Shown piece after piece: positions 19,658-29,247 of a DNA stretch of 64,000 nucleotides. This stretch comes from an uncultured delta proteobacterium (lineage in GTDB: Bacteria > Myxococcota > Myxococcia > Myxococcales > Myxococcaceae): the NCBI GenBank assembly GCA_963713045.1, contig CAVQKE010000003.1, positions 832,001 through 896,000 of the forward strand, written 5' to 3'. The notes below the pieces were generated by a model. That model worked only from the letters and a program-made list of their open reading frames with translations, made no database searches and was not told where the DNA came from. Position 1 is the first letter of the stretch. The number at the start of each line of letters is the position of its first letter. The translations under genes and the position numbers were made by a program.

Positions 19658-20233
19658 TCAGGACTTCGGGAGAACTTGCTCCAACTTCTGGGTCAAGTTG
19701 GTGCCCACGGGGTCGGTCTTGCTGTCGAAGTGCTCCACCACCGTGCCGTCGGGTGCGACCAGGAATTTGTTGAAGTTCCAGGTGATGGGGCCGCCTTGCT
19801 TGCCGGGTAGGCTCGTCAGGTACTTGTACAGGGGCGCCGCGGACGCGCCTTTCACGTCGATTTTTTCGAAGAGGGGAAAGGTGGTCTTGTATTTCAGCTC
19901 GCAGAATTTTTTGATTTCGGCGTTGCTGCCGGGCTCCTGACCGCCGAAGTCGTTCGACGGAAACGCCAGCACCACCAGGCCCTTGTCCTTGTACTTTTCA
20001 TAGACGGCCTCCAGCCCGGCGTACTGGGGAGTGAAGCCGCATTGCGAAGCGGTGTTGACGATGAGGAGCGCCTTGCCCTTGTACTCGGCAAGCGAGGCAT
20101 CCTTGCCATCAATGGTTTTCACTGTGAAGTCATAGACGGACACGGGAGTTCCTTGGGCAGCCGCCTCCGCTGAAAAGGCGGCCGCGGCGAAAGGGAGGGA
20201 CCGGAGAAAGGTACCGAGGAGCGAAGCGCGCAT
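19658..20233 (-). CDS. Glutathione peroxidase (Cys type), probably exported
   Basis: VNTASQCGFTPQY, FPSNDFGGQEPG, WNFNKFL; signal-peptide-like N-terminus. Confidence 0.94.
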   Translation of the reverse strand: MRASLLGTFLRSLPFAAAAFSAEAAAQGTPVSVYDFTVKTIDGKDASLAEYKGKALLIVNTASQCGFTPQYAGLEAVYEKYKDKGLVVLAFPSNDFGGQEPGSNAEIKKFCELKYKTTFPLFEKIDVKGASAAPLYKYLTSLPGKQGGPITWNFNKFLVAPDGTVVEHFDSKTDPVGTNLTQKLEQVLPKS

Positions 20234-20254
20234 TCTACAGTCCCCCTAGAGAGA

Positions 20255-20677
20255 GTGGACAACCCAGACGTTGAGCGGCCTGTGCCTAACCCGACTCCCG
20301 GGCAGATGCCGCTCTTTCAAGCGCAGCGCCAGCTGGTGCGGCCCTGGCCCATCACCCTTCTGTGTTTCGGCGGCGCACTCGCTCTGGGCCTCAGCTGGTG
20401 GCGTGCCCTGGTGGGGGAAGCGGCGCGGGCCTTTGGCCCCGGCTATTGGCCCTACCTCCTCGCAACCAGCACCGCGTTGGCGGTCGCGTTGTGGGGCCTC
20501 TGGCACCTCAAACGCTGGGCGCTCTGGGCCTTCCCTGCGGCACTGCTGTTGGACAACGCGGTTCTGGCGGCGATGGGGGCGCTTCGGGGTGCCGTCCTCG
20601 GCGTCGAGGCCGCCCTGGTGCTGCTGGTCCTTGCCTACTTCCGCGCCTTCACGCGGACGTCGAACGCCAGACGCTAG
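20255..20677 (+). CDS. Hypothetical membrane protein
   Basis: About four hydrophobic segments; fills the gap between neighbours; start uncertain. Confidence 0.55.
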   Translation: MDNPDVERPVPNPTPGQMPLFQAQRQLVRPWPITLLCFGGALALGLSWWRALVGEAARAFGPGYWPYLLATSTALAVALWGLWHLKRWALWAFPAALLLDNAVLAAMGALRGAVLGVEAALVLLVLAYFRAFTRTSNARR

Positions 20678-20693
20678 CCACCCCGACCCAGCC

Positions 20694-21212
20694 TCAGCCG
20701 TCCTTCTCCGAGGTGAGGTAGCCGAGAATGACTTCGTCGAGGGACTTCTCGGACACCAAGTCCTCGCCAAACAGCGTCTCCGCCACGAATTCACTGGCGG
20801 TTGGTTCGATTGGCGCCAACTCGAGCAGAGGAATGGGCAGTGGAGACTTGGTCGGGGCCGGCGCAGGTGGTTTGGGGGGAGCCGCCACCTCGTCGGCGAG
20901 CTGACCCGGCTGGTAGGCCCGCGCGGCGTTCGCTTGGTCCGCCCCGTCGTAGACGCCAGCCCGGACGGCGCGCAGCATCTCTTTGTGCTGTTCCTCCATC
21001 CGCTGGCGTACCAAGTCCACCAGGTTGGGCGCACCGACCAGCTCCGCGTAGGACGTCTTCTTCTGCGCGAGAATGTTTCCGCCCACGTACAGCAGCGTGA
21101 CGATGGTGGGGTTGTTGACTCCCGAGTCCTCCGTCTGCACGTGGAAGACCCGCTGGCGGTGGGTAATGTTGTGGTTGAAGCCGGAGACGGCTCGGTCGAA
21201 GGTTCTGGCCAT
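20694..21212 (-). CDS. Conserved hypothetical protein (deltaproteobacterial type)
   Basis: GFNHNI.H..RVFHVQTEDSG...MEEQHKEML...SLDEVILGYL pattern. Confidence 0.8.
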   Translation of the reverse strand: MARTFDRAVSGFNHNITHRQRVFHVQTEDSGVNNPTIVTLLYVGGNILAQKKTSYAELVGAPNLVDLVRQRMEEQHKEMLRAVRAGVYDGADQANAARAYQPGQLADEVAAPPKPPAPAPTKSPLPIPLLELAPIEPTASEFVAETLFGEDLVSEKSLDEVILGYLTSEKDG

Positions 21213-21303
21213 CCGGAACGGCGCACTCGGGCGCGGGCGTCACTGCACGGTAGCAACGCCCTCGCGCCAGACGCAAGAAAGTGGGCCCACCTTCTGCTCC
21301 GGG

Positions 21304-21927
21304 TTAGCGGGCGGTGGCCGGTAGCGCAATGCCGTGGGCCGCAGCCTCCTCGGGCGTATTGACACTGAGGACGGCGCGGCAGTGCGGGTCCACCCGTTGC
21401 AGCGCCTGCTGCGGAAGCAACCTGGTACGCACCGTCTGCCACAACTCGGGAAAGGAGGGGTTCTTGTCGAGGGCAGCTCCCCAGGCGGGCGCCAGCTGTG
21501 CGCGGTAGCAGGCCAAGAGCGGCTCGAGCCGTCCGTTGGCCTCGAAGCCGATGGCGTCGACGGCATCGGTGCGCCCGGCGAGCAACAACTCCACCACCTC
21601 CGCTGTGACAAAGGGCATGTCGGCGGCTACCACCAACACCCAAGGCGTGCGGGCATGGACCAGCGCTGCATGCACGCCTCCCGGGGCGCCCCGGTTGGGG
21701 ACGACGTCGGACACGGAACGAACGCCGAAGCGTTGGTACGGTTTCGGGTCCGACGTCACGAGAAACGTCTCTGCGAAGCGTGGCCCGAGCGCCAGCAGGT
21801 GGCCGAGCAGCGGCTGTCCGTCCCGCAGAAGCAGCCCTTTGGCGATTCCATTCAGCCGGCGGGCCCGCCCACCGGCCAGGATGGCCAGCGTGACGTCGAG
21901 TGGCGTTTGGCCGGTGTCCTTGTGCAC
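21304..21927 (-). CDS. mobA: Molybdenum cofactor guanylyltransferase
   Basis: ILAGGRARRL...KGLL, GAPGGV, AADMPF, EPLLACY, SVNTPEE. Confidence 0.88.
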   Translation of the reverse strand: MHKDTGQTPLDVTLAILAGGRARRLNGIAKGLLLRDGQPLLGHLLALGPRFAETFLVTSDPKPYQRFGVRSVSDVVPNRGAPGGVHAALVHARTPWVLVVAADMPFVTAEVVELLLAGRTDAVDAIGFEANGRLEPLLACYRAQLAPAWGAALDKNPSFPELWQTVRTRLLPQQALQRVDPHCRAVLSVNTPEEAAAHGIALPATAR

Positions 21928-21972
21928 GGCCTCAACGCCGTTTCTTGCGGCCGGCGGCTGCTGCCCAGTCGG

Positions 21973-22953
21973 TCAACTTCCCACCTTGTTCGCCACCACC
22001 TTGGCCAACTCAAGCACTTCCACCGGGACCGCGATGACCACGGTGTTGGCCACGGACGAGCCCAGTCCGTCGAGCGTCTGCAGGGTGCGCAGCTGCATCG
22101 CTCCAACACTGCGAGACATGGTGTCCGCCGCCTGTGCCAAGTTGACGGCCGCATCGCGGTCGCCTTCGGCCTTGGTGATGGTGGCTCGCTTCTCGCGTTC
22201 GGCCGATGCTTGCCGCGACATCATCCGCTTGAGGTCCTCCGGCATGTTGATGTCCAAGAGTCGAATCGAGTCCACGTGGATGCCCCAGGCGCTGGCGCGG
22301 CTCTCCACCACCTCAGCAATCTTCGCCTGAATCTGGTCTCGCTCGCTGAGCAATTCGTCGAGAGTCATGCTGCCGATGACGTCGCGCAGCGAGGCTTGCG
22401 CATACTGGGAAATGGCATAGCGGTAGTCCTGCACGGTGATGACGGCTCGCTCCGGGTCCTTCACCATGAAGAAGATGACGCCATCCACCTGCACCGGGAC
22501 GTTGTCGCGGGTAATGACTTGCTGGTGCGGCACGTCCAAGGTGAGCAGTCGGGTGTCAACGAAACGCACGTTGTCAAACACCGGGAACACCAACATCACC
22601 CCCGGTCCCTTCAGCCCGTGGTAGCGCCCCAGGCGCAGGACGACGCCCCGCTCCCATTGCGCCGCGATGCGGATGATGCGGCTCGCCCAGGCGGCCACCA
22701 CCAGCGCCAGCGCGCTTCCCAGCGGGAAGGCCACCCCGGCGCCGAGCAGACCTCCGGTGCCGAGGCCAATCGCCGCCGCCAGGGCCGTGCCGAGCGCCCA
22801 CACCAGAAAAAACACCACCACACGCAGCGGACGGCCGAGCGAGACGTGCTCGAACGTGGGTCGGGCATAAGCGCGGTCCGTCAAAGGCTGACGCACGCTG
22901 TTCCGCGCCTCCTGCATCAACTCCTTCGCTTCGGCGGAGATTCGCGGCACCAT
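21973..22953 (-). CDS. SPFH/stomatin-like (slipin) membrane protein
   Basis: TMs then WERGVVLRLG, ITRDNV, SLRDVIG, RQASAEREKRA, AMQLRTLQTL. Confidence 0.9.
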   Translation of the reverse strand: MVPRISAEAKELMQEARNSVRQPLTDRAYARPTFEHVSLGRPLRVVVFFLVWALGTALAAAIGLGTGGLLGAGVAFPLGSALALVVAAWASRIIRIAAQWERGVVLRLGRYHGLKGPGVMLVFPVFDNVRFVDTRLLTLDVPHQQVITRDNVPVQVDGVIFFMVKDPERAVITVQDYRYAISQYAQASLRDVIGSMTLDELLSERDQIQAKIAEVVESRASAWGIHVDSIRLLDINMPEDLKRMMSRQASAEREKRATITKAEGDRDAAVNLAQAADTMSRSVGAMQLRTLQTLDGLGSSVANTVVIAVPVEVLELAKVVANKVGS

Positions 22954-23027
22954 GCTGGAGCTCCTCGAGGGATGGCCAGCAGAGCATCGCATGCGGGCCG
23001 CGGAGGGGTTAGCCTGCCGACAAGTCC

Positions 23028-23897
23028 ATGTCGAAGCCCGGAATGGCGGAGCGGCCGATGCGCCGCATCGAGGCGGGAAGCATCGCCTCGCTGGCCATCG
23101 ATTCGGTGGCCATCGAAGAGCCGCTCGAGATTCGCGTCGCCGGCGACCCGGTGGCCATCACCATGCGCACGCCGGGGGCAGACGCTCAGCTGGCCGCGGG
23201 CTTTCTCTACGCTGAAGGCATCATCCGCAGCCTCGACGACCTGGGGACCCTGAGCCACTGCGGGCGGGCGGACGAGGAGGGCTATGGAAACGTCCTCGAC
23301 GTCCTGCCGGCACCGGGTGTGCACCTCGACTTGGAACGGGTGCAGGCCACCCGCCGAGGCACCCTCACCACGGCGGCCTGCGGCGTCTGTGGACGACGCA
23401 GCGTGGACGACTTGCTGGCCCTGGTGAAGAGCCTTCCGGTGGTGGAGGCCATTCCGCGTCGGCTGGTGGGCGACGCGCCGGAGCTGCTGCGGGCGGCGCA
23501 GCGGACGTTTAGCCGGACCGGGGGAACGCATGCCGCGGCAATTCTCGCCAGCGACGGCAGCACCCTGACCGTCCACGAGGACGTCGGCCGCCACAACGCC
23601 GTGGACAAGGCGGTGGGCACCCTTCTGCTTCAGGCCCGCTTGGGCAATCCACGCTCGCCGGCGCCCACGCCACCGCCGGCAGTGCTGGTGGTGAGCGGGC
23701 GTTCCAGTTTCGAGATGGTGCAGAAGGCAGCGATGGCGCGAATTCCTGTCCTGGCCAGCGTCGGCGCTGCCAGCACGCTGGCCATCGACCTGGCGCAGCG
23801 AGCCGGTGTCACGCTGGCCGCCTTCGTGCGCAACGGCACCTTCAACGTGTACTGCCATGCTGAGCGGCTGGTGGGCGAGGAGTCCCGCTCCATCTAG
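23028..23897 (+). CDS. fdhD: Formate dehydrogenase accessory sulfurtransferase FdhD
   Basis: EEPLEI, TMRTPG, ACGVCG, TGGTHAA, EDVGRHNAVDK. Confidence 0.95.
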   Translation: MSKPGMAERPMRRIEAGSIASLAIDSVAIEEPLEIRVAGDPVAITMRTPGADAQLAAGFLYAEGIIRSLDDLGTLSHCGRADEEGYGNVLDVLPAPGVHLDLERVQATRRGTLTTAACGVCGRRSVDDLLALVKSLPVVEAIPRRLVGDAPELLRAAQRTFSRTGGTHAAAILASDGSTLTVHEDVGRHNAVDKAVGTLLLQARLGNPRSPAPTPPPAVLVVSGRSSFEMVQKAAMARIPVLASVGAASTLAIDLAQRAGVTLAAFVRNGTFNVYCHAERLVGEESRSI

Positions 23898-24709
23898 CCG
23901 AGCGAGAGGTCCACCTGCTCGGCAGCCGAGACGGGGCTGCCGAGAAAACGGGCACTCACCTCGACGAAGCGCTCCGGGACGTCGGTGACATAGAAGCGTT
24001 CGGTGCGCTCGCCGTGACCGGCCGCACCGGCCCTGCCCGCGGCAAGCACCTCGGCGACGGCTTCTGCGGTCGCGTCGCCGGAGTCCACCTGGGTGACATC
24101 ATCGCCCAAAACCTGCTGAAGCACTCCCCGCAGCAACGGGTAGTGGGTGCAGCCGAGGACGACGGTGTCCATGCCCTGGCCGAGCAACCCTGTGAGGTAA
24201 CTGCGGGCGACGAGCCGTGGGACGTCTCCGCTGAGCCACCCTTCCTCGGCCAGCGGGACGAAGAGGGGGCAGGCTTTGGCGTGCACCGTCAGCCCCGAGC
24301 GCTCAGCAGCCAGAGCCCGCTGGTAGGCGCCGGAACGGATGGTGCCCGGCGTCCCCAGGACGCCCACCACCCCAGTGCGCGTTTGCGCAGCGGCGACTCG
24401 AGCGCCTGGCTCGATGACACCCACCACCGGCACGCTCAAGCTGGACCGCAGCGCTGGGAGCGCTACCGCCGACGCCGTATTGCAAGCAACCACCAGCAGC
24501 TTCACGTCAAGAGAGGTGAGAAAGGCAGCGTTGAGTTGCGCATAGCGGGTGACGACACCGGCACTCTTGGTGCCGTAGGGCACCCGGGCCGTGTCGCCCA
24601 AGTAGATGACCGACTCGTCCGGCAAGCGCGCGCGAAGCGAGCGCAGCACCGTCAGCCCGCCCACCCCTGAGTCAAAGACACCCAACGGACGACGGTCGAC
24701 GGAGCGCAT
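23894..24709 (-). CDS. murI: Glutamate racemase
   Basis: FDSGVGGLTV, PYGTKS, VACNTAS, LGCTHYP. Confidence 0.96.
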   Translation of the reverse strand: MRSVDRRPLGVFDSGVGGLTVLRSLRARLPDESVIYLGDTARVPYGTKSAGVVTRYAQLNAAFLTSLDVKLLVVACNTASAVALPALRSSLSVPVVGVIEPGARVAAAQTRTGVVGVLGTPGTIRSGAYQRALAAERSGLTVHAKACPLFVPLAEEGWLSGDVPRLVARSYLTGLLGQGMDTVVLGCTHYPLLRGVLQQVLGDDVTQVDSGDATAEAVAEVLAAGRAGAAGHGERTERFYVTDVPERFVEVSARFLGSPVSAAEQVDLSLG

Positions 24710-24743
24710 TCCTCCGCTCAGCACTAGCACGAAGTGCGCCAGT

Positions 24744-25826
24744 TCAGTTGAGCGGGACGCTGACCACCGTCGCCGAGGTGCCGTCGTAGAATTGGCCGGG
24801 GACGATGGTGACGGAGGGCGCCGTGCCCGAGTAGAGCACCGGCGACGGTGGGCCCCCCAAGGCGTCGACGCTGAGGCTGTAGGTGACGCCGCCGGCACGC
24901 ACGGCCGCCAGCCGCTTGAAGGGTGCCACCGCGGTCGGGCACGGCCAGCCGGTGACCGTGTAGCCGGAGCCGGCCGCGCCGCTGAAGCCAACATTCACCG
25001 AGGCGACGCCGCCCGTCGTGCACGCATTGGAGATGGGGTACGTCCAAGCGACGCCAATTCCCCCCACCTGCCAAGCGAAGGTGAAGCTTTGGGAGGTGGG
25101 GCTGCCAGCGCTGATGGTGACGCTGACCGGCAGCGTCTGTGCAAAGCCGTAGTCCAGGCCAGACTGGTAGGCCACCAGTTGCAGGCTGTGTGTGCCGGGG
25201 CTCAGCGTTGGCGTGGTGACTTGTAAAGCGCCCAGGCCAGCTGTGCAGTCGTAGGTTTGAGACGAGGTGGTGGCTCCATCGACGTAAAGCGCAACCGAGT
25301 CCATTCGGTCCGGGTCTGGATTGTCCGACGCAGTGCATGGCGGGGCGTAGCTTCCCATGGGGGGGGTAAAGCCCCAGGAGAGGTAGGCCACGCCGTTGCT
25401 GGTGCCGGCGTCGCTGCTGTTGGCGGGCTGAAGGTCGATGGCGATGGAGACTGTCTGGTTGGCCACGACGGTCGCCGTCCCGCTCCCAATCCAGGTGCTG
25501 TTGCCATTTGAGTCCAAGCCAGTGAGGACGACGGTGTAGTTGCCCGGGACGTAGTTGTAGATGACCAACTGGCCCGGCAGGGTGCCGACCGAGCAAGGGA
25601 AGGTGTTGGGGTAGATGGGGGTCGGGTCGTTCGGGACGTTGACCTGGACTTGCACCACTGTCGCCGTCTGGGAACAGCTGTTGCCGGCGAAGGTCCAGCT
25701 GACGGCGATGTTGCCGTAGGAATAGGCCGGCGGGTACGGCGGGTACGAATACGGGGCGTAGTAGCATCCGGCGGCTAGCACAAGGGCAGATAGCAGAGCG
25801 AGACGAGCCGGAGCTGAGATGCGCAT
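24744..25826 (-). CDS. Hypothetical lipoprotein with three Cys-containing beta-rich repeats
   Basis: VLAAGC lipobox, Tyr/Pro-rich N-terminus, three repeats of a W...C...C unit. Confidence 0.75.
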   Translation of the reverse strand: MRISAPARLALLSALVLAAGCYYAPYSYPPYPPAYSYGNIAVSWTFAGNSCSQTATVVQVQVNVPNDPTPIYPNTFPCSVGTLPGQLVIYNYVPGNYTVVLTGLDSNGNSTWIGSGTATVVANQTVSIAIDLQPANSSDAGTSNGVAYLSWGFTPPMGSYAPPCTASDNPDPDRMDSVALYVDGATTSSQTYDCTAGLGALQVTTPTLSPGTHSLQLVAYQSGLDYGFAQTLPVSVTISAGSPTSQSFTFAWQVGGIGVAWTYPISNACTTGGVASVNVGFSGAAGSGYTVTGWPCPTAVAPFKRLAAVRAGGVTYSLSVDALGGPPSPVLYSGTAPSVTIVPGQFYDGTSATVVSVPLN

Positions 25827-25967
25827 GGAACCCCTCAAAGTTTAGCGCCTTTAAGACCCGAGGACATCCGACGCGGCGAGGTCTGCTCCTATTCACCACG
25901 GCCCCGGAGACTCCGCAGTCTTGTCCGGAGGCTGGTGGGCTGTCTGCCCGAAGGGCGGGTTGAGTGT

Positions 25968-25996
25968 TTGACCGTCCCAACAACTGCTGGTAGCCC
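25968..25996 (+). promoter_or_regulatory. Putative promoter of the tol operon (near-leaderless)
   Basis: TTGACC-N17-TAGCCC, 7 nt before ATG 26004; no Shine-Dalgarno. Confidence 0.45.
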
Positions 25997-26003
25997 ACTC
26001 CGG

Positions 26004-26708
26004 ATGCCTCTGCTCACCCCCGTGGTCGCGTCCATCAACTATCTGGACATTGTGGAAAGCAGCTCGGCCGTCGAGATGGCCGTGCTCGCGTTGTTGGTCG
26101 TGGTCTCGGTTGTCTCCTGGGCGCTCATCGCGTTGAAGAGTCGACAGCTTTCACGGGCCCGCGCCCAGTCCATCACCTTCCTCGACACGTTCTGGAAGGC
26201 GAGTCGACTCGACTCCATTTACCAGTCCGCCCGGGGGCTGGACTCCTCGCCCCTCTCGAAAGTCTTTTGTGCCGGCTACGAAGAGCTGTCCAAGCTGGCC
26301 CAAGCCAAGGACCCCGAGGCGGGCACCATGTCGGAGAGGCTGGGCGGCATCGAGAATGTCGAGCGCGCGCTTTACCGGGCCTCCTCCTCGCAAATTACCG
26401 AGCTCGAATCCCGGGTCAGCTTTCTCGGAACGGTGGGCGCCACTGCACCCTTTGTCGGTCTTTTTGGAACGGTGATGGGCATCCTCGGCGCCTTCAACGA
26501 GATTGCTGAGAAGGGAAACGCGAGTCTGTCGACGGTCGCGGCGCCCATCGGAAACGCCCTGTTTGCGACCGCCGCCGGCCTCTTCGCCGCCATTCCCGCG
26601 GTGGTGGCCTACAATGCTTTCGTCAGCCGAATCCGCGTCTTTGATGTGGAGATGGCGAACTTCTCCTCGGACTTTCTCAACATCGTCAAGCGCCACTTCT
26701 TCAAATGA
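26004..26708 (+). CDS. tolQ: TolQ
   Basis: Three TMs; FLGTVGATAPFVGLFGTVMGI; ALFATAAGLFAAIPA. Confidence 0.92.
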   Translation: MPLLTPVVASINYLDIVESSSAVEMAVLALLVVVSVVSWALIALKSRQLSRARAQSITFLDTFWKASRLDSIYQSARGLDSSPLSKVFCAGYEELSKLAQAKDPEAGTMSERLGGIENVERALYRASSSQITELESRVSFLGTVGATAPFVGLFGTVMGILGAFNEIAEKGNASLSTVAAPIGNALFATAAGLFAAIPAVVAYNAFVSRIRVFDVEMANFSSDFLNIVKRHFFK

Positions 26709-26727
26709 GGGGAGCGTCCAGCACACC

Positions 26728-27168
26728 ATGGCGATGAGCGGAGGGCGCGGCGCTCCAGGCCGCACCACGATGAGCGAAATCAACGTCACGCCGATGGTGG
26801 ACGTGATGCTGGTCCTGTTGGTCATCTTCATGGTCACCGCACCGCTCATCCAACAGGGAGTTAAGGTCAATCTCCCCGACGCACGAGCTCAGCCGGTGGA
26901 GGCCACCGAGAAACGCCTGGTGCTCAGCGTGGACCGCGAGGGCCACACCTACATCGGCGACACCCAAGTCCCGCCCGACCAGCTCGAGGAGAAGCTTCGG
27001 GCCAACGCCAAAGCCCAGACGGACCGGGAGATTTACCTTCACGCCGACCGAGATGTTCCCTACGGGGCTGTGGTGGAGGTGATGGCTGCCGCCCAGCGCG
27101 CTGGCATCCCCTCGGTGGGGATGATTACTGACCCCGCCGGCGCTCCCAGGAAGAAGGACCGACGCTAG
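26728..27168 (+). CDS. tolR: TolR
   Basis: SEINVTPMVDVMLVLLVIFMVTAP; ADRDVPYG. Confidence 0.93.
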   Translation: MAMSGGRGAPGRTTMSEINVTPMVDVMLVLLVIFMVTAPLIQQGVKVNLPDARAQPVEATEKRLVLSVDREGHTYIGDTQVPPDQLEEKLRANAKAQTDREIYLHADRDVPYGAVVEVMAAAQRAGIPSVGMITDPAGAPRKKDRR

Positions 27169-27196
27169 GTGGTTGCCGTACGCGGAAACGGATGAC

Positions 27197-27937
27197 GTGA
27201 GCGCAGCCGCCCGGAACAGTCTTCTCACCACCCCACCCCTACCCCTGGGACGCTTCCTCGTGCCCTCGCTGCTGGTGCACGCCCTCCTCTTCGGGTTGGT
27301 GCTCGGCTATGGCGCCCTGACGGCTCGTCCCATGCTGGACCTTGACCAGAAGCCAATTCATGCGACGCTGGTGAGGCAGGGCACGCCCCGGGACGAGAAG
27401 CTGCTGCCGCGAATCGAGGAGACACCTCCACCGCCCAAGGAACAGGCGCCTCCTCCCGCGCCTGCCCCGGTTGTTGTCCCGCCCCCCACTCCCGCAGCCG
27501 CTCCAGCCAAGCGCGCCAGCCCAGGCCAGAAGACCGGCGATGACCGACAGAAGCTGCTCGGCGCCTTCGACCAACTGAGTAAGTCCAAGCGGACCCCGGA
27601 AACCTCCGGTGCCGTGGACGGCGACGTCTCCGGTGACTCCTCGGAGTCCGAGGGCGAGCGCTACTACGGGCAGCTCAGCGTTCAGGTGAAGCGCTTTTAT
27701 GACGTTTCGGAAACCATCCCCGACCAGGAGCGGATTCGCCTCGTCGCCCAGGTGGCCCTCTTCATCGACCCGAGCGGTCAACTGGCGCGCTTCCGCCTGG
27801 TGAAATCCAGCGGGAATGACCTCTTCGACGGTGCCGTGCTGGACGCCGTCAAGCGCGCGGCACCCTTTGCGCCACCCCCAGGCCATCTTCGCAACGCGCT
27901 GCACAAATACGGAATCGTGCTCCAGTTCCGGCCCTGA
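27197..27937 (+). CDS. tolA: TolA/TonB-type energy transducer
   Basis: TM with SLLVH (SHLS motif), Pro-rich linker, C-terminal SSGNDLFD...AAPF; lies between tolR and tolB. Confidence 0.8.
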   Translation: MSAAARNSLLTTPPLPLGRFLVPSLLVHALLFGLVLGYGALTARPMLDLDQKPIHATLVRQGTPRDEKLLPRIEETPPPPKEQAPPPAPAPVVVPPPTPAAAPAKRASPGQKTGDDRQKLLGAFDQLSKSKRTPETSGAVDGDVSGDSSESEGERYYGQLSVQVKRFYDVSETIPDQERIRLVAQVALFIDPSGQLARFRLVKSSGNDLFDGAVLDAVKRAAPFAPPPGHLRNALHKYGIVLQFRP

Positions 27938-27942
27938 AGGAG

Positions 27943-29247
27943 ATGCCCGTGCAGCCGACCCGACTCGCCCGTTGCCTCCTCCTCGCCTGCAGCCTGCTGG
28001 CCAGCCGTGGGTTCGCGCAGGCGCCACTGTTGGAGATTTCGGGGGCCAATTTCCGCCCCTTGCCCATCGCCATCCCCTCGCCCCAGGCCCTATCGGACGA
28101 GGCGCGTCCGGCGGCTGCCGCCTTCGACGAGGCCTTCCTGTTTGACGCAGCCGCCGCAAGCATTTTTCAAGTGCTCGACCGGAAGAGCTTTCTGGCCGAC
28201 GCCAAAGAAGGGTTTACCGGGGCCAGCATCACCTTCTCCCGCTGGGCGGACGTCGGCGCCGAAGCGCTGGTGAAAATCCAGCTGGCCGTGGACGGCACCA
28301 GCCTCCGCGGCGAGATGCGCCTGTTCAGCGTCGCTTCGGGCAAAGAGGAACTGCGCCTGGTGCACGTCGTTCCCTTGAATGAGCCAAGAAAGCTGGCCCA
28401 TTTCTTTGCCGATGCACTCTACCGCCAGTACACCCGCGAGCCTGGCGTCTTCCAGACGCACCTCGCCTTCGTTCACCGAGTGGGCAAAAACCGCGAAGTC
28501 TGGCTGTCGGATTGGGACGGCCGCGACGCGGTCGTCATCGCCAAGGACGGACTCAATGTGCTTCCGGCTGTGGCTCCGGGGGGCACTGGGGTGGCTTTCA
28601 CCAGCTACCGCAGCGGAAAGCCGGACTTGTATTTGGAGCGTCCAGGCGCACCGCCGGTGACGCTGGTTTCGGCTGGCCAAATGGCGACCGGCGTCGCCTA
28701 TTCCCCGGACGGCAAGCACATCGCCTACAGCTTGGCGCAGGGAGACGGCACCAACATCTGGCAGGCCAATGCCGACGGGTCGAGCCCACACCCGGTCACC
28801 GAGACGTCCTACTTCATCAACAGCAGCCCCAGCTGGGCGCCGGACGGAAAGCGGCTGGCCATCGTCAGTACCCGGGCCGGAAGCCCCCAGCTGTACGTCC
28901 TGAGCCTGGACAATCCGAGGGAGCCGCGCCGCATCACCTTCCAAGGCAACTACAACCAGACGCCGAGTTGGTCGCCGCGGGGCGACCTCATCGCATTTAC
29001 CGCACGCGATGAACGCAATGCGTTTGACCTCTTCACCGTCAACGTCGACACCGGCAAGGTGACGCGTCTCACCCAGGACCAAGGGAACAACTCCGAACCC
29101 TCCTTCTCACCCAACGGGCGGTTGATGGTCTTCACCAGCACGCGCAACGGTCTCCCACAGCTGTTCGTGATGACAGCCGACGGCAAAAACCAAATGCCCC
29201 TCCCCATGGAGCGCGGAGAATTCGACACCGCCGACTGGGGGCAATGA
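27943..29247 (+). CDS. tolB: TolB beta-propeller protein
   Basis: Signal peptide, TolB_N region, repeated PD40 (WSPDG-like) units. Confidence 0.93.
   Translation: MPVQPTRLARCLLLACSLLASRGFAQAPLLEISGANFRPLPIAIPSPQALSDEARPAAAAFDEAFLFDAAAASIFQVLDRKSFLADAKEGFTGASITFSRWADVGAEALVKIQLAVDGTSLRGEMRLFSVASGKEELRLVHVVPLNEPRKLAHFFADALYRQYTREPGVFQTHLAFVHRVGKNREVWLSDWDGRDAVVIAKDGLNVLPAVAPGGTGVAFTSYRSGKPDLYLERPGAPPVTLVSAGQMATGVAYSPDGKHIAYSLAQGDGTNIWQANADGSSPHPVTETSYFINSSPSWAPDGKRLAIVSTRAGSPQLYVLSLDNPREPRRITFQGNYNQTPSWSPRGDLIAFTARDERNAFDLFTVNVDTGKVTRLTQDQGNNSEPSFSPNGRLMVFTSTRNGLPQLFVMTADGKNQMPLPMERGEFDTADWGQ

Noticed and set aside
19658..20233. Possible selenocysteine in the glutathione peroxidase
   Set aside because: The active-site codon is TGC (Cys) and there is no in-frame TGA.
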